A DNA stretch of 64,000 nucleotides from Promethearchaeota archaeon (GCA_019058445.1 JAHPZA010000003.1:1-64000); one strand, 5' to 3'. Counted from the stretch's first letter, positions 19,138 through 29,852 are shown. A program made the numbers and translations. The notes: generated from the sequence alone by a model not told the origin.

Positions 19138-19677
19138 GTGAGTATAGATTGGGCAAAATGTGAAGAGAAACCGCGTAAAAAATATAAAGTTTTAGGAAGA
19201 TTATTGCTGGATTTACGCGCAAAAATAAATCAGTTAGAAAAGGAATACTCTGAACAAAAAAAAGAAATAAAAGATGTTGAAGACAACACATCCAGTACCA
19301 ATAAAAAATTAGAGGATTCGATTAGAAATTTAACCATTTCAGAATCGGACTTGAAAATTAAATTATCCAAGGCCAATATGACTATTTCTGATATTGAGGA
19401 TAATTTAAAAACACTTAAAGAGAGAAATACTGAATTAGAAAGCACCGTACTAAACAGAAATAAGGTTATTGAAAAACTCGAAGATGATTTTGAAAAAAGA
19501 ATTTCTGAAATAGAAACCTTGAAAAAAGAAATTGAAAGACTTAAAGACGAAGTAGAAAAATCTGTTGCTGCCCCTGAACTTATTAAGAAAGTTAAAGAGG
19601 TTATGCTGCATAAAGGTTTTCTTTCCGATAAGGAATTCTATCAACTAATGAATACGATTGAGAGTCAAATGGGATAA
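19138..19677 (+). CDS. Head-rod-tail coiled-coil protein, copy 1 (179 aa)
   Basis: IDW..KP...VLG..LLDLRAKI head, heptad-rich E/K/L rod, MLHKGFLSDKEF tail; GAGGTGA RBS before GTG. Confidence 0.85.
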   Translation: MSIDWAKCEEKPRKKYKVLGRLLLDLRAKINQLEKEYSEQKKEIKDVEDNTSSTNKKLEDSIRNLTISESDLKIKLSKANMTISDIEDNLKTLKERNTELESTVLNRNKVIEKLEDDFEKRISEIETLKKEIERLKDEVEKSVAAPELIKKVKEVMLHKGFLSDKEFYQLMNTIESQMG

Positions 19678-19874
19678 ACAAACTTCTGAGTATTGGAGAG
19701 ATATCATCTATATTGTATTTTTTCAGATCAATTTGGGGAGTAAATCCATACGTGATAATGGGTTAAAGTTCAAATATTAAACTATCTTGTGAAAGACTTA
19801 TAGTTAAAAACTCTAACTTTATTAAATTTTCAAATATAATACAAATTAATAATATAAATTCATAATTTAGGACT

Positions 19875-22202
19875 ATGACAGAGAAACTACTTAGCGATCT
19901 TGTTCGGGATATCCCTTATCTCTCATTAAAAGTACCTATTTCTTATACAAAAGCACTTAAAGAGTCCCCCGGCAAACCTATGATAATAAGACAAGCAGAG
20001 GGATTAAAATATAGTTTAGAAGCCCTACCTATTCTCATAAGACCCGATGAACTCATTGTGGGCACCTTTGATGAGAAGATCCCAGTAGCTATTCCTAGGC
20101 TGGAAGCGAGCGGATTCAGAATTATGAAAGAACTGGAGCTACTTCCTAAAAGACCTGTAAATCCTATTAAAGTGAGCAGTGAAGATATTAGAGTATTAAG
20201 AGAGGAAATCGCGCCGTTCTATGATAATTTCAAGATTGATACTTATGCGCGGGAAATAGCTCCCAAAAATGTGTTCGAAACAAATTTTAGCGGTTGTGCC
20301 TATATTGCAACAGAAATAGGTGGTATTGCCCATGCTGTTATGGATTATCCGAGACTCATTTCTATGGGACTAAGAAAATATATCGAATTATCAAATGAAC
20401 AAATTGAAAGTTACGAAAAAGTTTTAGGCTCGGAACCTCATGCGGATGAGAAAATCGCATTTTATAAGTCAATAATAATAATTTCAAAAGCTCTTATTAA
20501 TTATGCGAATAAATTTGCTGTTAAGGCTGAGGAGATGGCTAATAAAGAAACCAATCCTAATAGAAAGGCAGAATTAAAAAAAATTGCTGAGACTTGCAGA
20601 AATGTCCCCGAAAATTCACCTAAAAATATGCAGGAAGCCGTTCAATTCTTATGGTTCATCCATATGGCCCTGCATATAGAGAATTTTGAACATGGAATTT
20701 CATTTGGCAGAATCGATCAGTATTTACTTCCTTATTATAAGGACAATGATGATGAGGTATTACATCTCTTTATAAATCTTCTCTTAAAGACAAACGAGAT
20801 AATTGCCTTATATGATTCAATCGCAACTACGTATTTCGGGGGAATGGCAACCACACAAAATATCCTTATTGGCGGTTTTGATAAGGAGGGAAACGATGCT
20901 AGCAATCCTCTCACATTTTTAATGCTAAAAGCAATAGATCACGCCTCAGTACCAAGCCCAAATTTAGTTGTAAGGATTCACAGCGATACACCTTCTGAAC
21001 TATATCAAGCAATTGCCAGGATTTTAGCTAAGGGCAAAAATGTTATAGGTCTTTACAATGATGACTTAGTAGTTAATGCCTTAATGAATTATGGAATCCC
21101 CTTAGAAGAGGCCCGCGATTATGGCATAGTAGGATGCGTAGGATTATCCACATCTGGCACTTCTTTTGATAATACCGGAGCAGTTTTTCTTAATACAGTA
21201 AAGGCATTAGAATTAGCATTAGGTACAGATAAATCACTAGTTAGTAATTACATTAAAATGGATATTGATCCACTTACATTTTGCTCTATTGATGATGTTA
21301 TAAATGCTTTTAAGATTAAGCTTAACACACTTATGGAAATGGCTGCGATTGCAGCGAATGCATACCAACAGGCTCACAGAAAATTAAAACCGACTCCATT
21401 AATGTCGTTAGGCATAAAAGGATGTTTTGAAAAAGGGATTGATGTGAATAAGGGTCCGGCAAGATATAATTTTTCAGGGATTCATGTAACAGGTTATTCT
21501 GATGCTGTTGATTCTCTTGCTGCGATAGATTTTGCTGTGTTTAAAGAAAAGCAGGTAAGTATGGAAGAATTAATAGATGCTTTAAAAAATAATTTTCGAG
21601 GAAAGAAAGAACTCCATAATTATCTGTTATATAAATGCCCTAAATATGGTAATGATGATCCTCAAGCAGATGTATACGCCACAAAATTAGGCAAACTTCT
21701 TGTTCAATCTGTTGAGGGTTTACGGTCAGCAAGAGGGGGTGACTATAGAGTAGGGATTCATGCAATGACCACCCATGTTGGATTTGGAATCTTTACAGGA
21801 GCACTTCCTTCAGGAAGGAAAAAGGGAAAGCCTTTAAATAGGGATATTGCCCCAGGATTTACTGGTGAAAAAGGCATAACCGCAGCAATTAAAAGCATAT
21901 CCAAACTCGATCACTCATTGCTCGGAAATGGATTAGCATGTACCTTAAATATTAATCCCGAGATTGCAAAAATTGAAGACGGGAAAGTGCTAGAGTCGCT
22001 TATTCGCGCTTATGTTAAACTTGGAGGTTCTCACTTACAATTTAACTCCATATCTTTAAAAATGCTTGAAGATGCTCAGAAATTCCCAGAGAAACACAAG
22101 GATCTCATGGTTCGTGTATCTGGCTACAGTGCCCGATTTGTAGATTTACCTAAAGCTGTACAAGATGATATTATGGATAGATATTGTTACAACTACGTTT
22201 AA
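19875..22202 (+). CDS. Glycyl radical enzyme (PFL2/GD-like superfamily), substrate unknown
   Basis: RVSGYS glycyl loop (G750), single-Cys loop GCVG (C421), SFGRIDQYL, PKYGNDD. Confidence 0.93.
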   Translation: MTEKLLSDLVRDIPYLSLKVPISYTKALKESPGKPMIIRQAEGLKYSLEALPILIRPDELIVGTFDEKIPVAIPRLEASGFRIMKELELLPKRPVNPIKVSSEDIRVLREEIAPFYDNFKIDTYAREIAPKNVFETNFSGCAYIATEIGGIAHAVMDYPRLISMGLRKYIELSNEQIESYEKVLGSEPHADEKIAFYKSIIIISKALINYANKFAVKAEEMANKETNPNRKAELKKIAETCRNVPENSPKNMQEAVQFLWFIHMALHIENFEHGISFGRIDQYLLPYYKDNDDEVLHLFINLLLKTNEIIALYDSIATTYFGGMATTQNILIGGFDKEGNDASNPLTFLMLKAIDHASVPSPNLVVRIHSDTPSELYQAIARILAKGKNVIGLYNDDLVVNALMNYGIPLEEARDYGIVGCVGLSTSGTSFDNTGAVFLNTVKALELALGTDKSLVSNYIKMDIDPLTFCSIDDVINAFKIKLNTLMEMAAIAANAYQQAHRKLKPTPLMSLGIKGCFEKGIDVNKGPARYNFSGIHVTGYSDAVDSLAAIDFAVFKEKQVSMEELIDALKNNFRGKKELHNYLLYKCPKYGNDDPQADVYATKLGKLLVQSVEGLRSARGGDYRVGIHAMTTHVGFGIFTGALPSGRKKGKPLNRDIAPGFTGEKGITAAIKSISKLDHSLLGNGLACTLNINPEIAKIEDGKVLESLIRAYVKLGGSHLQFNSISLKMLEDAQKFPEKHKDLMVRVSGYSARFVDLPKAVQDDIMDRYCYNYV

Positions 22203-22240
22203 ATATTACTTTAAATACTTTATCTACTCTTAATTAAAAA

Positions 22241-23170
22241 ATGGTTACTTATAATAGTGGTCTCGTTTTTCACATCCAACGTTTTGTTTTACATGATGGA
22301 CCAGGAATAAGAACTACTGTTTTTTTGAAAGGATGTCCTCTCAGATGTAAGTGGTGTCACAATCCAGAAGGAATAGAATCTCATTCAGAATTAATATATA
22401 GAGAATCTCGATGCATATCATGTGGAAAGTGCATTGATATTTGCCCTGAAAACGCAATTAGCCTAGATGAGAATGGGATTATAATAGACAGATTACGATG
22501 TAATATATGTTTTAAATGTATAAATGTATGTTATTCAAATGCATTAGAAATATGTGGTGAAAAAATGACTGCTCATGAAGTTTTAGAAGAGGTGTTATCA
22601 GATGTTGAATTTTACAAACAATCAGGGGGCGGTCTGACTATCTCAGGTGGGGAGCCTTTAATGCAGTTTGAATTTCTTAAGGAATTACTTAAAGAGGCCA
22701 AAAATTCAAATCTACACGTGTGTTTAGACACGACTGGTTATATTGAATCAGAAAAGTTGAGAGATATAATTCATAATGTAGATATTATGCTCTATGATAT
22801 CAAATCGTTAGATGAAGAGCGTCATAAAAAACTCACTGGAGTATCTAATAAATTAATAATAGAAAATTTAAAATTATGTATTCAAGAAAATCAAGAGACC
22901 ATCGTAAGAATCCCAGTGATTAATGGGTATAATTTTACCGATTTAGAAAATGAATTAAGAGATCAAATAAAATGGTTGGTGGAAGTAGGCATTAAGAAAT
23001 TTGAATTAATTCCTTATCATAGATTTGGAGAACAAAAATATGGAATGGTTGGAAAAAACTATGACATAAAGATTAACCCTTATGATGAAGAGAAAATATC
23101 CGATTTGGCTAAGAATCTGAGAGAAAACTATAAAATTGAAGTGAAAGTAAGTACTCCCATAATTACTTGA
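22241..23170 (+). CDS. Glycyl-radical enzyme activating enzyme (radical SAM with ferredoxin insert)
   Basis: HDGPGIRT, GCPLRCKWCHNPE, two CxxCxxCxxxC motifs, SGGEP. Confidence 0.95.
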   Translation: MVTYNSGLVFHIQRFVLHDGPGIRTTVFLKGCPLRCKWCHNPEGIESHSELIYRESRCISCGKCIDICPENAISLDENGIIIDRLRCNICFKCINVCYSNALEICGEKMTAHEVLEEVLSDVEFYKQSGGGLTISGGEPLMQFEFLKELLKEAKNSNLHVCLDTTGYIESEKLRDIIHNVDIMLYDIKSLDEERHKKLTGVSNKLIIENLKLCIQENQETIVRIPVINGYNFTDLENELRDQIKWLVEVGIKKFELIPYHRFGEQKYGMVGKNYDIKINPYDEEKISDLAKNLRENYKIEVKVSTPIIT

Positions 23171-23172
23171 AT

Positions 23173-24396
23173 TCAAATTATAGTAGCAAAATCATAAAAA
23201 AGATTGGTCCATTCTCCCCTTTCAATACCGAACTCTTTTCCATGTCTTACGATAATTAACTTTTTATGGGGGCATATATAAATTAGTTGCCCGTGATTAC
23301 CTCTAGCACAAAAATCATATTTATTATCCTCTCTGGTAAATCCCCACCAAAAATATTTGTGATATAATTTTCCAGATTTAAACAATTGAGCATAAATCTC
23401 ATCAAATTTATAAAAATTTTCATAATTCAATGAGGTATCTATTGTTGTCGATTCTTTAACCCATTTTTCTGTGATTATTTTCCTGTCTCCCCATTTTCCA
23501 TTGTTTAAAAAAAGTCTCCCAAATTTCGCAAAGTCGATTGCTCTGGCATTAATACCACTTTCCATCTTTTCAAAATTGCTTTTCTTACTATCTATGCTCC
23601 AAGATCCTTCAAATTCCATTCCAAGTGGTTTCCAAATTTTTTCCTGTAAATATTGGGCCACTGAAGCTCCAGTTGCTCTTTCAAGGATGATTCCAATCAA
23701 TAAGGGATGATAATTATTGTATAAGAAATATTGCATAGGTTTATGAACAATTTTAGTATGCTTCAAAGCTAATTTTCTTAGATCCGGGTAATAGTAAGTC
23801 TTTGCATTATCTCCATTGATAAACCAAAGTTCTCTGTATTTTATTCCAGATGACATCATAAGTAAATGTTTGATTGTAATCAGCTCAAATTTTTTATCTT
23901 TCTCCTTTAATTCAGGTAGATAATTTGTTATAGGTTCACCCACAGATTTAATCAATCCCTCATCAATAGCAATCCCCACTAAAGCAGACGTAAAGGATTT
24001 TGCGCATGAAAAAGAAGTTTCAATGCTATCCCGAGTATGACCATTGAAATATTTCTCATAAAGAATTGTGTCATTTTGAATAATTATAAACGCAGTTGTA
24101 CCTGTTGTTATTAAAAATTCATCTAAATCTCCAATATTTCTGATATTACTCAAAATTGAGTTTATTAGCTGTTCATTTACATCCTTTTTGAAATAAAACG
24201 TCGGGAGGCTATTTTCCATTTTGTGAAATAGAAATTTTTCATGATCTGTTATCTGAGCTCCCCCTCCTCCTAATCCCCAAAATAATATCCTTACTACATA
24301 CTTAGGAGTATAAATCAGGCTTAATATTATAATGAATAATAAAAGAATCAATAAGATAAGCGTTATTATAATAAAAACAATCACTTGTGCATTCAT
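23173..24396 (-). CDS. Beta-lactamase-family serine hydrolase with N-terminal membrane anchor
   Basis: SCAKS (SxxK), YNN, LLMMSSG, DFAKFG. Confidence 0.88.
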   Translation of the reverse strand: MNAQVIVFIIITLILLILLLFIIILSLIYTPKYVVRILFWGLGGGGAQITDHEKFLFHKMENSLPTFYFKKDVNEQLINSILSNIRNIGDLDEFLITTGTTAFIIIQNDTILYEKYFNGHTRDSIETSFSCAKSFTSALVGIAIDEGLIKSVGEPITNYLPELKEKDKKFELITIKHLLMMSSGIKYRELWFINGDNAKTYYYPDLRKLALKHTKIVHKPMQYFLYNNYHPLLIGIILERATGASVAQYLQEKIWKPLGMEFEGSWSIDSKKSNFEKMESGINARAIDFAKFGRLFLNNGKWGDRKIITEKWVKESTTIDTSLNYENFYKFDEIYAQLFKSGKLYHKYFWWGFTREDNKYDFCARGNHGQLIYICPHKKLIIVRHGKEFGIERGEWTNLFYDFATII

Positions 24397-24438
24397 TTTT
24401 TAGATAGTTTTTACTTAATTAAATTTTATGATAGATTA

Positions 24439-25845
24439 TTAAAATTGTTTCAATAAGAGTTCTAGAATTTTCATAATATTATCTGGATTCACTCCCCAGA
24501 CGCTCATAGCTGCTTTATCATTAAAATTAAAAGTTGCAATTACAATGCCTTTACCTTTTTCATTGATTGACTCCAACGTTGGAACATTGCCAATAATAGG
24601 AGCCCATTCTTCTCTTTGTTCATACTCGATTATATATACATAGCAATTATGACCAGTAATCATCACTTTATCTTTTTTCCCATGTATTTTTATTTGTTTT
24701 CTTAATCGTTGTATAAAAGCGAGACCTCTTATAAAAGTATCTTCAAATAGAGATTGAATTTGATCTTCTTTGGTTGGTCCCTTTGTGAAAGGGAAGTATC
24801 GGATTCCAGCTAATCTAAACAGAGCTCTTTCAGTACCTGGAGCAGCTAATCCAAGTTCATCAAAAATATCAGCTGAATTGGTGTGTTCTGGAATGATTTT
24901 CCAGTCTTGATTTAATAAAGTTTCGATTGTGTTTATAATGATTTCTTCTTTAGTCATATGTTTACCTAACGCGTTCAAATTATTAGTCCCATAGATGTTA
25001 ATCTGTTTTTCAATATATATATGCGTAAGTAATACGGCATATGTTGAGGCAACTGTTTGATCATTTATCCTGAGGGAAAGACCGAATCCAGTATTAATAT
25101 TGCTAATAAATACAACATCGTCGACAACTATAATATTAGTTTGAATCTCACGTGGATCAAATGCGATTCTTAGCCTTTCAGGAAGTTCAAGTTTTAAGTT
25201 ATTATTAATATTTTTACCAGAGACAATAAGGGCAAAGCGGTCCCTTCTATCTTCATCCTTTAATACAATATTTTTTTTTTCCCATGAATGGATTATTCTA
25301 GTAATTTCTGGGATAATAATATCTTTTAACTCAATAAAGAGATCATAATCCGTATTAAGCATTATTCTAAGTTTTGCTTTTCTTACGTGGCTGATTATCT
25401 GCTGGTATAACTCTAGGGTGGTTGGAATTATAAATGTATTTGATACTCGACCTCCATACAATTGTTTCGCTGAAAGATTAGGTAGAACTTCTTTTTCGAT
25501 ATAATTTGTTAAATCCTCAAGTTGAGAAAGTTGATTTTTATGACCCTCGATTATATTTGTTATGTTATTAATGGGATTTATTCCTCTATAGTTTGCAGGT
25601 CTTTCACTAGGAGCGGTTGTAATTTCAATCCATCCATCATTTTGTAACCTTTTAAGAATAGTATAAATATGTGTTCGTTTTAAATGCTTAAATTTACTGA
25701 CAATCTCTTTTCCAGTTAAATCTTTCTGAGATTTTAAAAATTCTAAATAGACCTTTAGATCTTCTCCTTCTAAGATTCCTAATTTTTCAAAATAGTTAGA
25801 TAGTCTTTCTTCCCATTCTAATGAATTTTTAATATCTTGCTCCAT
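24439..25845 (-). CDS. TrmB-family transcriptional regulator with C-terminal extension
   Basis: LG...KVYL...RTHIYTILKRLQNDGWIE...RPANY HTH, followed by a TrmB-type effector domain (AKLRIML...IIVVDD). Confidence 0.8.
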   Translation of the reverse strand: MEQDIKNSLEWEERLSNYFEKLGILEGEDLKVYLEFLKSQKDLTGKEIVSKFKHLKRTHIYTILKRLQNDGWIEITTAPSERPANYRGINPINNITNIIEGHKNQLSQLEDLTNYIEKEVLPNLSAKQLYGGRVSNTFIIPTTLELYQQIISHVRKAKLRIMLNTDYDLFIELKDIIIPEITRIIHSWEKKNIVLKDEDRRDRFALIVSGKNINNNLKLELPERLRIAFDPREIQTNIIVVDDVVFISNINTGFGLSLRINDQTVASTYAVLLTHIYIEKQINIYGTNNLNALGKHMTKEEIIINTIETLLNQDWKIIPEHTNSADIFDELGLAAPGTERALFRLAGIRYFPFTKGPTKEDQIQSLFEDTFIRGLAFIQRLRKQIKIHGKKDKVMITGHNCYVYIIEYEQREEWAPIIGNVPTLESINEKGKGIVIATFNFNDKAAMSVWGVNPDNIMKILELLLKQF

Positions 25846-25866
25846 ATTTTAAAAAAGAAAAAAGGA

Positions 25867-27102
25867 TTATTTTGTAGGTAATTGAATACTTGTGGGGAAA
25901 ATACATGCTTTAAGTGAATTTCCCATTTTTTCCTCTAATTTTTTAATTAGGTCATTAAAATTTTTTTCAAAATTGACGTATTTAGGATAGAAATGAAGCA
26001 TATCTGCTCGACTAATATTTGGTGAGTAAAGAAATATTGACCTCTTTCCAAGCGTGGTCCATATTATATTATCCTCAGGACAATTGTATAAGCATGCTCC
26101 TGTTTCTCCGCTAAGTGAATGATACCCTCGTCCCTCTGTTGATGCACTAAGAATCGCAACGGCACCTCTGAACGATACGAGCTTGGGACTCAAAAGATAA
26201 GTATTCAACGCTTTAGAGCTTTGAGATAATTCCGTGTCCTCTGGATATGAATTAAAAAAAACTACATCAAATCTGGTTTTCTGGGGGATTTTTACCTCAT
26301 AGAGTTTTCTTAGCAATTTAATAGCTTCTCGATGGGCGTCTACAAAATGTCCTGCAAAGAGCCCAGCGGGATATCCATCAACTCTAGGAATAATATTAAT
26401 ACTAAAGTCTAATCCAACACGGGAGCATACATCTTCAATATCCCTTCTTAATTCTGTAATATATCCCAATCCTACCCCTGCACCTCTTACGCTCGCAGAA
26501 TGATTTGCCTCTAATGTCTGAATTCCACATACTCCTGGTAACACAATCTTTGCACCCCCACCAAAACCAGCTAAAGGATGAGGTATGACCCCTCCTATGG
26601 TTATTTTCAGATCAGCCTCATAATATGTTTTATTTACATATATTGGGGTTCCCAAATTTGATTCTCCTACATATTCTAAGTTTAAAAAAGGATGATGATT
26701 TTTTACATTAATACGCTCCAATACAGAAAGACCAACTTTTTTAATAAAATCAACGCGGGTCATTGGTCTATGAGCTCCAAGAGCAACGATTAATGTAATG
26801 TTGCTATCACTAATTCCTGCTTGATTCAATTCATCTAAAACAACTGGTATTATGTTTTCTGTTTTGGTGTGACGCGAAATATCATCAACAACAATCACCG
26901 CATTTTTCTTATTTTTAGCTAATTCAGCAATAGTAGGGGTTCCAAATGGTTTGTTTAATAAATTTTTAATTTCATTTTTATCTTTAATTTCAGGAACCCC
27001 TTTCACATCAAATACTTTCACTTCCCATGAATCAGAAAATTCAAGTGTTAATTCTTTTGGCTCATACCATGAAGCCCATGGTATGGTAAAGGTTTGAACC
27101 AT
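25867..27102 (-). CDS. LarA-family (nickel-pincer) 2-hydroxyacid racemase/epimerase
   Basis: VDDISR, ALGAHR, NHHP, PHPLAGFGGGAKIVLPGV. Confidence 0.88.
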   Translation of the reverse strand: MVQTFTIPWASWYEPKELTLEFSDSWEVKVFDVKGVPEIKDKNEIKNLLNKPFGTPTIAELAKNKKNAVIVVDDISRHTKTENIIPVVLDELNQAGISDSNITLIVALGAHRPMTRVDFIKKVGLSVLERINVKNHHPFLNLEYVGESNLGTPIYVNKTYYEADLKITIGGVIPHPLAGFGGGAKIVLPGVCGIQTLEANHSASVRGAGVGLGYITELRRDIEDVCSRVGLDFSINIIPRVDGYPAGLFAGHFVDAHREAIKLLRKLYEVKIPQKTRFDVVFFNSYPEDTELSQSSKALNTYLLSPKLVSFRGAVAILSASTEGRGYHSLSGETGACLYNCPEDNIIWTTLGKRSIFLYSPNISRADMLHFYPKYVNFEKNFNDLIKKLEEKMGNSLKACIFPTSIQLPTK

Positions 27103-27176
27103 TCTTTTTCACTCTTGTTCCTTTGTTTTGTATTAGTTTTTAATATGGTTTTATTAATTTTATTTTAACTTATTTT

Positions 27177-28283
27177 TCAATTAAAGCATTGAATACAAAA
27201 TTGAATCGCAGGGAGAATTTTATACGCAATTCCCAACATATGAGGGGCTAATTTAGCTCTATAATCTTTATAAATTTCAAATTCGTGTTCGATTCCTAAA
27301 TTCTCTAATGTTTCATGTAGTTTTTTAGTCTCGTTAGCAAACCCATATTCATCTTTTCGGTGGCAGTTGAGCAGCAGTCTGACATTTTTAAATGATTCCG
27401 GATTTTTTTTAATTATACTGTCGATGTCATATTTTTGCCAATTTCTTGAAGCTTTTTCATCTAAATGGATAATATTACCTTCATCATCTCTTTTGATTGA
27501 GGGTATAATTGGATTATCTTTAGAAGTAATTAAATCAAAGGTGTCGGTTATGTCTACCAATGCTGTCTTTCCAAGCTCAACTGCTTCTTCTTTTCCATAT
27601 AAAACTTCATTGATGGGGGTCACCATTTTATGATTAAGTAAGTTAACAGTCATATTGGCAGGGCTTAAAGCAGCACATGCAGTAAATTTATCGGGATAAT
27701 TAAGAGATAAATATAGAGCCCCATAGCCTCCCATAGATGGCCCCACTAATGCTCGATTGTCTTTATTTGAGATAGTACGATAATTAGTATCGATATATTC
27801 AATAACATCTTTTATGATTAAATCAGAAAAATTGCCGGTAAAGGGAGAATTAATATAAAAACTACCTTTAGTTTTGACAGCCCCGCTAATTTCTTTAAGA
27901 CCGAGATAATGTGGTAAATATAGGCTCGCATCCGGTTGTACTAATATGAACGGCATCCACTCTGCTTTGGTAATCAACTCGTCAAATTTCACATAGGAAG
28001 GTATATTATCTAAATCAAGCATTTTTAAAACATCCGGAGGGATCAAGTCAAGTGGTAAATTTTTATTATCGTTCCAGCGAGGAGTTATAGATAAGTTATC
28101 AACATTCCCCGTATATCCATGAATAAAATATATCACAGGATATCTCTTTTCAGATTCAAAATAATCTGGTGGAAGATATATTGCCAGCTTGCGTTCTATA
28201 GGACTATTAATAGAATTATTTAGTAATGAATTTGCCTTAAAACTTATGATTTGATACCTTTTATTAGATCTAACGTCATTCAT
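27177..28283 (-). CDS. Putative esterase (alpha/beta hydrolase, Fes/feruloyl-esterase-like)
   Basis: IYLPPDY...YPVIYFIHG, YIDTNYRT, GPSMGGYGA. Confidence 0.85.
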   Translation of the reverse strand: MNDVRSNKRYQIISFKANSLLNNSINSPIERKLAIYLPPDYFESEKRYPVIYFIHGYTGNVDNLSITPRWNDNKNLPLDLIPPDVLKMLDLDNIPSYVKFDELITKAEWMPFILVQPDASLYLPHYLGLKEISGAVKTKGSFYINSPFTGNFSDLIIKDVIEYIDTNYRTISNKDNRALVGPSMGGYGALYLSLNYPDKFTACAALSPANMTVNLLNHKMVTPINEVLYGKEEAVELGKTALVDITDTFDLITSKDNPIIPSIKRDDEGNIIHLDEKASRNWQKYDIDSIIKKNPESFKNVRLLLNCHRKDEYGFANETKKLHETLENLGIEHEFEIYKDYRAKLAPHMLGIAYKILPAIQFCIQCFN

Positions 28284-28335
28284 AATAGTCTACTCCACTT
28301 TAATTTTTTTTATTTCTAAGAATTAATTGATCTCT

Positions 28336-29523
28336 TTATACAATACCTGGAAAAGGAAAGGCTAAATATCTCCAAATAGCAATATCATGAAAACCTAACT
28401 GTTCTGCTAATGTTAATTCGCCATTACAAGTAGCTTTTAACTTCAACCACATTTCATCTGCGATTTCTTGAATTGATTTTTGCTCTGTTATGATCTTAGA
28501 GGCATCCATATCTATATGACACCGTAACCAATCACATGTTTGCGGATTCCCACAACTCTTAATAACCGGCACAATTGGATTCCCTACAGGAGATCCTCTA
28601 CCTGTTGTCATAATAACCACTTGAGCCCCAGCAGCAGCCATTCCTGTCATAGATTCTATATCGTTTCCAGGTTCAAGCATTAACCAGAGTCCCTTTCCTT
28701 TAGGTGTCTGTGAATATTTTAATACTCCTTGTATTGGTGCTTTACCCGCTTTGGCAATTGTACCAAGTGATTTCTCTTCTATTGTTGTTAATCCCCCCTT
28801 AATATTTCCCGGAGAAGGTTGGATCCCTCGAAAATCTATACCTGCTTTCATGGTTGTCTCCAAAAATTTTTGTAAAGGAGTATCTATTTGAGTTTTGACT
28901 TTCTCACTTACCGCTCTATCTTTTAATAAATGTTCAGTACCAATCCATTCTGTAAATTCTGGAAGTATCGAAGTTCCTCCCAATTCTATTACTTTATCAG
29001 AAATAACACCTACGACCGGATTTGCAGTTATTCCCGATATTGAATCTGAGCCCCCACACTCCAGTCCTAATACTAAATGAGAAAAATCGAAAGGTTCTTT
29101 CTTAACTTCTTTTGCTTCACTTGCCATTTTGCTCCCCACTTTAATCCCTTCTTCGATAAGAGCAATACCTCCACCATTAAAATCTTGCACATTAAAAAAT
29201 TCTACGGGTTTCTTTGCCCTTCTAATATTTTTTGCTAAATCTTCGCTTTTCAAGTTTTCACATCCTAACCCTACAACAATAGTACCAAAGATATTAGGAT
29301 TTTTTCCAAGTCCAGCTAGAGTTCGTTGGACATTCAAAAAATCAGGTCCAAATTGTCCACAGCCCAAGGGATGGGTAATAGCAACCGCATTATCTACTTT
29401 TTTTGCTATTTCTTCAGCTACATGATTAACACACGACACAGAAGAAAGGATAGCAATTTTATTACGAATCCCTACTTTTCCTTTAGGTCTTTCATATCCC
29501 ATAAATTCTTCACTCATTTGCAA
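28336..29523 (-). CDS. UxaA/GarD/SuyB-family dehydratase or lyase, large subunit
   Basis: GIRN, HPLGCGQ, LGCE, GLECGGSD, PSPGNIKGGLTTIEEKSLG, TTGRG. Confidence 0.92.
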   Translation of the reverse strand: MQMSEEFMGYERPKGKVGIRNKIAILSSVSCVNHVAEEIAKKVDNAVAITHPLGCGQFGPDFLNVQRTLAGLGKNPNIFGTIVVGLGCENLKSEDLAKNIRRAKKPVEFFNVQDFNGGGIALIEEGIKVGSKMASEAKEVKKEPFDFSHLVLGLECGGSDSISGITANPVVGVISDKVIELGGTSILPEFTEWIGTEHLLKDRAVSEKVKTQIDTPLQKFLETTMKAGIDFRGIQPSPGNIKGGLTTIEEKSLGTIAKAGKAPIQGVLKYSQTPKGKGLWLMLEPGNDIESMTGMAAAGAQVVIMTTGRGSPVGNPIVPVIKSCGNPQTCDWLRCHIDMDASKIITEQKSIQEIADEMWLKLKATCNGELTLAEQLGFHDIAIWRYLAFPFPGIV

Positions 29524-29794
29524 CCCTCTCCAAATAATGGCTTTTAATATTATGTGTATGAATCCAATCCCCCTTTTTTATATTTTCTGTAACAATGCCA
29601 ATAATTTGACCGTATTTTTTGATCAAATCGCCTACTGCAATATCTCTTAGGGCAAATTTATGCCCAAATGGAATGTTTTGGTTGATTTTTATAACCTCAC
29701 CTTCTTTAATTTCTATTTCTTTATCTTTAGGAATATCCTCTAAACTTGTGGCACAATTATCTTCAGGATCCATTACAATATAGCTTTTTTTCAT
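29510..29794 (-). CDS. UxaA/SuyA SAF-domain small subunit
   Basis: DNCAT, IPFGHKFAL, KYGQIIG, WIHTHN; overlaps the start of the large subunit. Confidence 0.92.
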   Translation of the reverse strand: MKKSYIVMDPEDNCATSLEDIPKDKEIEIKEGEVIKINQNIPFGHKFALRDIAVGDLIKKYGQIIGIVTENIKKGDWIHTHNIKSHYLERVANE

Positions 29795-29834
29795 TTATAT
29801 TGCCTTTTTATTCTATTATTTTCTTTAAGATTGT

Positions 29835-29852
29835 TTGTCATAACTATGACAA
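29835..29852. promoter_or_regulatory. Palindromic operator TTGTCATA-AC-TATGACAA between divergent operons
   Basis: Perfect 8-bp inverted repeat directly before a TATAAATA element. Confidence 0.65.

Noticed and set aside
19875-22202. Pyruvate formate-lyase or alkyl/benzylsuccinate synthase
   Set aside because: It lacks the PFL CC pair, and there are no small Bss/Ass subunits or CMSP-like loop.
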